From the NCBI RefSeq assembly GCF_008806385.1, contig NZ_VZZK01000017.1, positions 2,177 through 34,176 on the forward strand: 32,000 bases of DNA, in the 5' to 3' direction. The notes beneath the pieces are model-generated. The model made no database searches, had not been told where the DNA came from, and saw nothing but the letters and a program-made list of their open reading frames with translations. The position numbers and the translations under genes are program-made. Positions 26,235 to 32,000 of this stretch are shown here, one piece after another. Position 1 is the first letter of the stretch, and each line of letters opens with the position of its first letter. The DNA is from Methylobacterium soli (GTDB lineage Bacteria > Pseudomonadota > Alphaproteobacteria > Rhizobiales > Beijerinckiaceae).

Positions 26235-27077
26235 ATGAGGACGATCCGAGAGGCTCGCTCCGGTGATGCCTGGTTGCGGCTGCTGCAAACGAAGGCAGGT
26301 TTCACAGGCGTCGTCTTCATTGAGGACAAGCGCCGCTTTACTATCGAGGGTGACACTGCGGACAAAGTTTGGCAGCTCCTGCAAGACGAGGCCGCCAAGC
26401 TTAACCCGAGCTACTTCGGATTTTCCGGCGCGCGGGCTCGCTTCCTACGGATGATGCCAGACGGCTTCGCGGATCCTGTCTATTTGGCGGAGGAGCGCGC
26501 CTACAAGTTGCGGGCGAAGGAGCGGCTCGACGCGGCCCTGCCGCTCGACGCAGCTCTGGCTTGGAATGGGGATGGCAAAGCCGCGCTGGCCGCCTTTCGG
26601 GCGACGAACTTGCTCTCGCCATTTGAGAGCACCCGGATCGGTGAGGCTCTGCGCTCATCGGCTGCCGCCCCTTACATTCGTGGCGCAGCGGCCTTTGCGA
26701 GCGGCGCGGTCGAGGATGGGATCCGAGCCATGCAGGGGGCCTTAAAACCCTTCGCGATCGCAAAATGGACAGCTCTTACCTACCTGCCGTTCCTCTGGCG
26801 GCCCGACGCGCACCTGTTCCTCAAGCCCGAGGTCACGCGCGAATTCGCCGAGCGCGTTGGACATCCCTTTGCCCACGCCTACGCGCCGGAGCTTCACCCG
26901 GACATCTATCGCTCGCTCCTCGACCTCGCCGCTGCGATGCGGACCGAGACCGCCGACCTGCAGCCCGCCGACATGATCGACGTGCAGAGCTTTATCTGGG
27001 TGGTCGGTCGCTACACTGAGGCCGACGAAGCCGCCGTTCTCGCTAAGGCAGTTGTGACGAAATCGGGAACCCCATGA
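26235..27077 (+). CDS. hypothetical protein embedded in the DISARM operon
   Basis: 280 aa with operon-like codon bias. Its stop overlaps the drmA start (ATGA at 27074-27077). I see no catalytic motif (no P-loop, no HxK, no obvious nuclease motif). Confidence 0.7.
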   Translation: MRTIREARSGDAWLRLLQTKAGFTGVVFIEDKRRFTIEGDTADKVWQLLQDEAAKLNPSYFGFSGARARFLRMMPDGFADPVYLAEERAYKLRAKERLDAALPLDAALAWNGDGKAALAAFRATNLLSPFESTRIGEALRSSAAAPYIRGAAAFASGAVEDGIRAMQGALKPFAIAKWTALTYLPFLWRPDAHLFLKPEVTREFAERVGHPFAHAYAPELHPDIYRSLLDLAAAMRTETADLQPADMIDVQSFIWVVGRYTEADEAAVLAKAVVTKSGTP

Positions 27078-30000
27078 CCGCCACCACGCCGCTCGCCGTC
27101 CGCGGGCATATCGTCAAGACCTTCCGCCGCGACCTCGTTGGCCCATCACCCGACGACATCGATCTCTCTCGGGAGCGGCTCTCCGAGAACCCTTCGCGTT
27201 GGTATCTGACAGGCTTTCTGGCGCCTGCCGACGACGCAGCGACCTTGGGCGGCGATGCAGACACCGACGAGCCTGGTCTGCTGGATGAAGCCGACCACGA
27301 AGGCGAAGAGCCGGACCCAGTTGAAGCAGGTGGCGCGGCGGCCGATCGGCAGGAACCCGAAGCGTCCAACACGCGCCGCCGCTTCTTACCATCGACGATT
27401 GGGCTCACCGTGCTGTTGCCGCCCGACGTGCGCGAGGTCGAGGCGATCGTCACCTGGGGGGATTACGCCACGGTGCCGCCGCTGCCTGATAGCGTGCTGC
27501 TCGGCGAGCCGGAAACCGACGAGGACGGGAAGCCCAAACGCCGCCGTCGCGAGGACGTCAACTGGGTCCGCGCGCCGAAAGAGCGTCGCTTGCGCCTCGT
27601 CGTGCCCGAAGCTGGCCGGGCCACCGCCATCGTGGTTCCAGAAAGCGCGGCCGAGCAGGCAGCTATCGGCGGCCTCGAGCTCGACGCGCACGCCCGTCTG
27701 TTCTCCTACGAAACGCCGGATGGCGGCCGAGAGGAGGTCCGCGCGCTCACCGTCGTGCTAGTCAATCGCCGACGCCCGGCTGGGCGCTTCTACGCCGACG
27801 TGGCCTTCGCCTTTCAGGCGCGCTTACGCCTAATTTGCGCGCAAGGCTTACGTCCCCGGCGCGACCTCTCCGGCCTGAAGTCCGCCGACCCGGACCTGCG
27901 GCTCGCCGATCTGCACTATCGAGACGTGTGCGAGTGGGCGGTCGGCCGCAACACCGCCGCACGCTGGGAGGATCCGGCTGCGGGCTCGGTGACCTGGGCC
28001 GAGACTGACCCACTGCCCTCTGCTGAGGTCGAGCGCGTCGCACCGAACGAGGACGATGCCCTGAAGCAGGCCGTCGTCTTCGGCATGGATGACCTTGCGG
28101 AGGCTGCGCGAAATAGTGGTTCGTCCCTGGCACAGGCGCTTGGTGCGCTACCTGAGCTCTATGATGCTTGGGTTACGGCGAAGCAGCGTGTTGAACTCAC
28201 TGGCTTGCCTGATCGTCGGCGTGCGACCGCTGCGACCCTTGTCACCGACCAGGAGCGTGCCCGGGACCGCATTGCAGAGGGCATTGGGCTGCTGACTGGC
28301 GATGGAGCTGAGAACCGCCACGCCCGCACTGCCTTCAGGCTGATGAATGCGGCGGTCGCTGAGGCGGCGCGTCGGCGCAATTCGGCCCACGCGAAACCGG
28401 CTTGGCGCCCATTCCAGCTCGCCTTCATCCTGCTCAACCTCGCAGGCCTAACCGAGAAGGCGCATCCCGACCGTGCTGTCGCGGACCTGCTGTTTTTCCC
28501 GACCGGAGGCGGCAAGACCGAGGCCTACCTAGGTCTCGCCGCCTACACGATCGCTCATCGGCGTGTGACCGGATCCGGCCTGCTCGGCGCAGGTGTGGCG
28601 GTCATTATGCGCTACACCCTTCGGCTGCTCACCCTCGACCAGCTCGCACGCGCTGCCGGCGTCGTCTGCGCACTCGAGCTGATGCGGACAGACGGCAAGC
28701 ATCTCGATGAGAAGGACCGCCCTCTGCTTGGCGATTGGCCGATCGAGATCGGGCTGTGGGTAGGGTCTGATGCCTCACCAAACCGCCTCGGCGGCAAAGG
28801 CGACAAGGGGGATGACACCGCGGTTGGTCGTGTGGCCGATTTCCGAAAGGGCAAAGGCAAGGCGCCGGCACCGCTGAAAGCCTGCCCGTGGTGCAGCACG
28901 CCATTCACGAAGAACTCGTTCGCCTGCGTGCCCAACGACACTGCGCCAACGAACCTGGAGCTGCGTTGTGACAACCTCACTTGCGACTTCTCGGGATCGC
29001 GCGCGCTGCCAGTGCTTACCGTCGATGAGCCGATCTACAGGCGCCTTCCGGCCTTCCTCATTGCCACTGTCGACAAGTTCGCGAGCCTACCTTGGGAGGG
29101 GCGCACCGGCGCCTTCTTCGGGCACGTCGATCGCTTCGATGCGACGGGCTTCTATGGCGCTGCCGAGCCTCGGATTGGGCGGCGCCTCGACAACGGCTGG
29201 TCGCTTGATCCACCTGATCTTGTTATCCAAGACGAGCTACACCTGATCAGCGGTCCGCTCGGGACAGTCGCCGGCCTCTACGAAACAGCGATTGACGCAC
29301 TCGCTACCCGCGTGAAGGGCGAGACCCGCGTGCGTCCGAAGATCGTCGCCTCAACTGCAACGGTCCGTAGGGCGGGTGCGCAGATAAAGGCCCTATTCGA
29401 TCGGGACGCGACGCAGGTCTTCCCACCGCCGGGGGTGAACCGCACTGACAGCTTCTTCGCCCGCACTGTGTCGGCGGACGTCAATCCGGCGCGGCTGTAC
29501 CTGGGTCTGGCCGCGCAGGGCCGCGGCCCGAAGCTCGTGTATCTACGTGCGCTGACGACCCTACTGGCGGCCGCGCAATCCGCCTACGCCGTGACGGCAC
29601 CGGACGTACCGGAGGGCAAGCGCAACCCGGCCGACCCGTACATGACGGCGCTGTGCTACTTCAACGCATTGCGCGAGCTCGGTGGGGCACGACGCATCGT
29701 AGAGGACGAGGTACGGAAGAACGCGGCCTCCTACGGTCGAGAGCGGCGACGCCAGGAGCCTCCGGATCAGCCATTTGCAGATAGGCCCGTGCGCGAGCCC
29801 ATGGAGCTGACTTCGCGCGTCTCAACCGACGAGGTCGCAGCTGCCAAGCAGCGGCTCGAAGCGGTGTTCGGTGGCGACGAGGCGACCGTAGACGTTGCGC
29901 TTGCCACCAACATGATCTCGGTGGGCCTCGATATCACGCGGCTCGGCCTGATGCTGGTGCAGGGTCAGCCCAAAACGGCGGCTGAGTACATCCAAGCTAC

Positions 30001-30601
30001 GAGCCGCGTAGGGCGCGACCACGACCGACCTGGCCTCGTTGTGGCAATCCTCAACTTGCACAAGCCGCGCGATCGAATGCACTTTGAGCAGTTCGGCCAC
30101 TTCCACCGGACGTTCTATCGGGCGGTTGAGGCCACGAGCGTGACCCCGTGGGCAGCCCGTGCACTTGACCGGGCGCTCGCAGCCGTCGTCGTGGCGGCCG
30201 CTCGCCATCTCGATCCGATGCTGACGCCGAACGAAGCGGTCGTAATGCTCCGAGACCAGTCGGCGACCCGGGCGGCGGTATGCGACACAATCGTCGCACG
30301 TGCGCCCGAAGCCGCGGTCCCCGGCGGCCGAGCGGCGCTGCGTGCACAGGTCGAGGGGCTGCTCGAGGCCTGGATCGCGACAGTAGATGCGCAGACGGCG
30401 AGCGGCGTGCCGTTCGGCTACGCGCAGAAGAAGAGCCCTGGGCGCCTCCTACACATGCCGCTCGAGCGCGACTGGGACGGTCTTGAGCCCGCTCACAAGC
30501 AGTTCCAAGCCAACCGCTCGATGCGAGACGTCGAGCCCGCGGTGCTTCTCAAAGTGCGCGACCGCAATGGTCACGCGATCGCAAACGCGGACGATGTCTG
30601 A
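27074..30601 (+). CDS. drmA: DISARM DrmA-like superfamily-2 helicase
   Basis: 1175 aa. The Walker A is FFPTGGGKTEAYLG (about 28498-28527). DELH lies in VIQDELHLISGP (29231-29242). VASTATV, LATNMISVGLDI and QATSRVGR are also present. A Cys-rich insert reads CPWCSTPF..C..LRCDNLTCDF. Confidence 0.85.
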   Translation: MTATTPLAVRGHIVKTFRRDLVGPSPDDIDLSRERLSENPSRWYLTGFLAPADDAATLGGDADTDEPGLLDEADHEGEEPDPVEAGGAAADRQEPEASNTRRRFLPSTIGLTVLLPPDVREVEAIVTWGDYATVPPLPDSVLLGEPETDEDGKPKRRRREDVNWVRAPKERRLRLVVPEAGRATAIVVPESAAEQAAIGGLELDAHARLFSYETPDGGREEVRALTVVLVNRRRPAGRFYADVAFAFQARLRLICAQGLRPRRDLSGLKSADPDLRLADLHYRDVCEWAVGRNTAARWEDPAAGSVTWAETDPLPSAEVERVAPNEDDALKQAVVFGMDDLAEAARNSGSSLAQALGALPELYDAWVTAKQRVELTGLPDRRRATAATLVTDQERARDRIAEGIGLLTGDGAENRHARTAFRLMNAAVAEAARRRNSAHAKPAWRPFQLAFILLNLAGLTEKAHPDRAVADLLFFPTGGGKTEAYLGLAAYTIAHRRVTGSGLLGAGVAVIMRYTLRLLTLDQLARAAGVVCALELMRTDGKHLDEKDRPLLGDWPIEIGLWVGSDASPNRLGGKGDKGDDTAVGRVADFRKGKGKAPAPLKACPWCSTPFTKNSFACVPNDTAPTNLELRCDNLTCDFSGSRALPVLTVDEPIYRRLPAFLIATVDKFASLPWEGRTGAFFGHVDRFDATGFYGAAEPRIGRRLDNGWSLDPPDLVIQDELHLISGPLGTVAGLYETAIDALATRVKGETRVRPKIVASTATVRRAGAQIKALFDRDATQVFPPPGVNRTDSFFARTVSADVNPARLYLGLAAQGRGPKLVYLRALTTLLAAAQSAYAVTAPDVPEGKRNPADPYMTALCYFNALRELGGARRIVEDEVRKNAASYGRERRRQEPPDQPFADRPVREPMELTSRVSTDEVAAAKQRLEAVFGGDEATVDVALATNMISVGLDITRLGLMLVQGQPKTAAEYIQATSRVGRDHDRPGLVVAILNLHKPRDRMHFEQFGHFHRTFYRAVEATSVTPWAARALDRALAAVVVAAARHLDPMLTPNEAVVMLRDQSATRAAVCDTIVARAPEAAVPGGRAALRAQVEGLLEAWIATVDAQTASGVPFGYAQKKSPGRLLHMPLERDWDGLEPAHKQFQANRSMRDVEPAVLLKVRDRNGHAIANADDV

Positions 30602-30603
30602 GC

Positions 30604-32000
30604 ATGAGCAAGAACGCCCAACGCCTGTCGCAGCTCGTTTCGACCTTTGGCCCCGGCAGCATGGTTGACCTGCCGACGCGCTCGATCGTCGTCGGAGGCT
30701 TGGAACAGTGGGACATGCGCCCCGGAACGTTTCAGCCGGTGAGCGAACCTCGCCTCGCTCAGCGCCTCCAGATACTGCTGCAAGAACGTGGTCAACTGGA
30801 CCAAGGGCAGCGCCTCAACTTACGCACTCCGCCCGTGAGCGACGGCAACGGCGAACCGAAAGGCGTGGCTGCGCCTATCTTCCCGAACTGGTTCGTCTGC
30901 GACCAAGTCGAGGCGAACGCCGAGGGCACCCCGACGCGCCGGCGCCGGCTGGTGCAGTGGCGCGACCTCGACCCCAAAGGTCGCCGCCGCTTTACGCCCG
31001 AGGGCGGCAAGCGGACGGAGGTGACGCCGATCCGCTTCGTATGCGCTTGCGACAAGGGCCATTTGCAGGACATCGAGTGGCGCTGGGTCGTCCACGGCGC
31101 CACCCCTTGCCAAGAACCGATGTGGATTGAGGAGCGCGGCACGAGCGCCGACCCGGCTGACACCTCGGTGGTCTGCGGCTGTGGCAAGCGGCTATCGCTG
31201 CAGGAAGCATTTCAGCCCCGCCGCCTTGGCTTTTGCAAAGGCGAGCGCCCCTGGCTGCTCGACCGTGATCCCAACGGGTGCGGCGACGGCACTACGCCGC
31301 TCAAGCTGCTCACACGCACCGCGACCAACACGTACTTCCCGCAGGTACTGACTGTAATCTCGCTGCCGAGTGAGGAGGACGTGCTGACGAAGCTCGTGGA
31401 CGAGATCATCGGCGAGATGAACAAGGTCACCTCCATCGAGCGTGTTGGCCTGTTTCGGGAGTTCAACGAAGCCGCAGCAGCGAGCCTCACACGCTACTCC
31501 GATGCTGAGATCTTTGACTGCCTGACCCGCCTGCGTGAGGGTGCCACGGCAGACGCAGCGCGCTCGCCGAAGGTCGCCGAGTTCGATCTTTTCGCGAGCG
31601 GGCGGCCGGAGATCGGGACGAACCACCCCGGTGCCAAACTCTACGCCCAGACTTTGGCGCGAAGCGACTGGGACGATGGAAGCTGGGCGAGCCTCAAGTT
31701 CGTGCAGGCGTTGGTAGCTGTCCACCGCCTTCGCGAGGTGTCCTGCCTCTACGGCTTCACGCGCTTCGAGGCAGCTCCGACCGCGGCCGACGGCGACATC
31801 GAAGATATCAGCCTGGCCGTGCATGGCGCGCCAATCGCCAGGGCGACCGACTGGCTGCCGGCCTGCGAACAATTCGGCGAAGGTCTGTTCGTGCACGTCG
31901 ACAGCGACGCGATCGCCACGTGGCTCAATGGGGCAGGAGATCGCCATCGGCAGCTCGTCGGCGGCTACAACCGATGGAAAATCCGCTTTGGCGCTGCGGC
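30604..32000 (+). CDS. drmB: DISARM DrmB-like protein (DUF1998 family), 5' part; continues past the right edge
   Basis: The ATG lies 2 nt after the drmA stop, and my manual translation of the frame found no stop through position 32000. It is absent from the track because it is open-ended. Recognisable segments are MSKNAQRLSQLVSTFGPGSMVDLP.., the Cys/His clusters FVCACDKGHLQDIEW, VVCGCGKRLS and FCKGERPW, and later REVSCLYGFTRFE. Confidence 0.8.
   Translation, partial: MSKNAQRLSQLVSTFGPGSMVDLPTRSIVVGGLEQWDMRPGTFQPVSEPRLAQRLQILLQERGQLDQGQRLNLRTPPVSDGNGEPKGVAAPIFPNWFVCDQVEANAEGTPTRRRRLVQWRDLDPKGRRRFTPEGGKRTEVTPIRFVCACDKGHLQDIEWRWVVHGATPCQEPMWIEERGTSADPADTSVVCGCGKRLSLQEAFQPRRLGFCKGERPWLLDRDPNGCGDGTTPLKLLTRTATNTYFPQVLTVISLPSEEDVLTKLVDEIIGEMNKVTSIERVGLFREFNEAAAASLTRYSDAEIFDCLTRLREGATADAARSPKVAEFDLFASGRPEIGTNHPGAKLYAQTLARSDWDDGSWASLKFVQALVAVHRLREVSCLYGFTRFEAAPTAADGDIEDISLAVHGAPIARATDWLPACEQFGEGLFVHVDSDAIATWLNGAGDRHRQLVGGYNRWKIRFGAA

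Larger units (their letters stand above)
11677..32000. mobile_element. integrative element (P4-like genomic island), left end in window, right end beyond window
   Basis: A tRNA 3' fragment is followed by a tyrosine integrase, AlpA-like Xis, HTH protein, Prim-Pol/helicase, iterons, a serine recombinase and a defence operon. All genes are co-directional on the plus strand. Confidence 0.6.

Noticed and set aside
30604-32000. Absence of a PLD-domain drmC gene, considered as evidence for an atypical DISARM.
   Set aside because: The window ends inside drmB. drmC would be downstream, so its absence cannot be inferred.

Overview
This is high-GC DNA. An alphaproteobacterial-type SOS box (GTTC-N7-GTTC) suggests an alphaproteobacterial host. 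The window splits into two parts.

(1) Positions 1 to about 11,670 are an accessory region. It starts with the 5' end of an RTX-repeat gene. It also holds small secreted proteins, an SOS-boxed umuD-umuC pair, an SRAP gene, a SWIM zinc-finger gene and an AT-rich FkbM-like/acetyltransferase pair. An unusually high share of its genes carry frameshifts, in-frame stops or truncations.

(2) From about 11,677 to the right edge lies an integrative element, bounded on the left by a 3' fragment of tRNA-Val(UAC). It encodes a P4-type tyrosine integrase, an AlpA-like excisionase/regulator, a Prim-Pol/SF3-helicase replication protein, a dense field of 8-bp iterons, a serine recombinase and an AT-rich orphan ORF. 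Its main cargo is a co-directional operon that matches class 1 DISARM: SNF2 DrmD, N6-adenine methylase DrmMI, DrmA helicase and DrmB (DUF1998). DrmB runs off the window, so drmC cannot be seen.

DISARM itself is a described family. The parts not explained by the textbook description are:
- an extra 280-aa gene translationally coupled to drmA;
- a sharp AT-rich patch inside the methylase's recognition region;
- carriage on a self-replicating, P4-like integrative element.

No rRNA genes, CRISPR arrays or intact tRNA genes were seen. All functional calls come from reading motifs in the translations. No database search was run.
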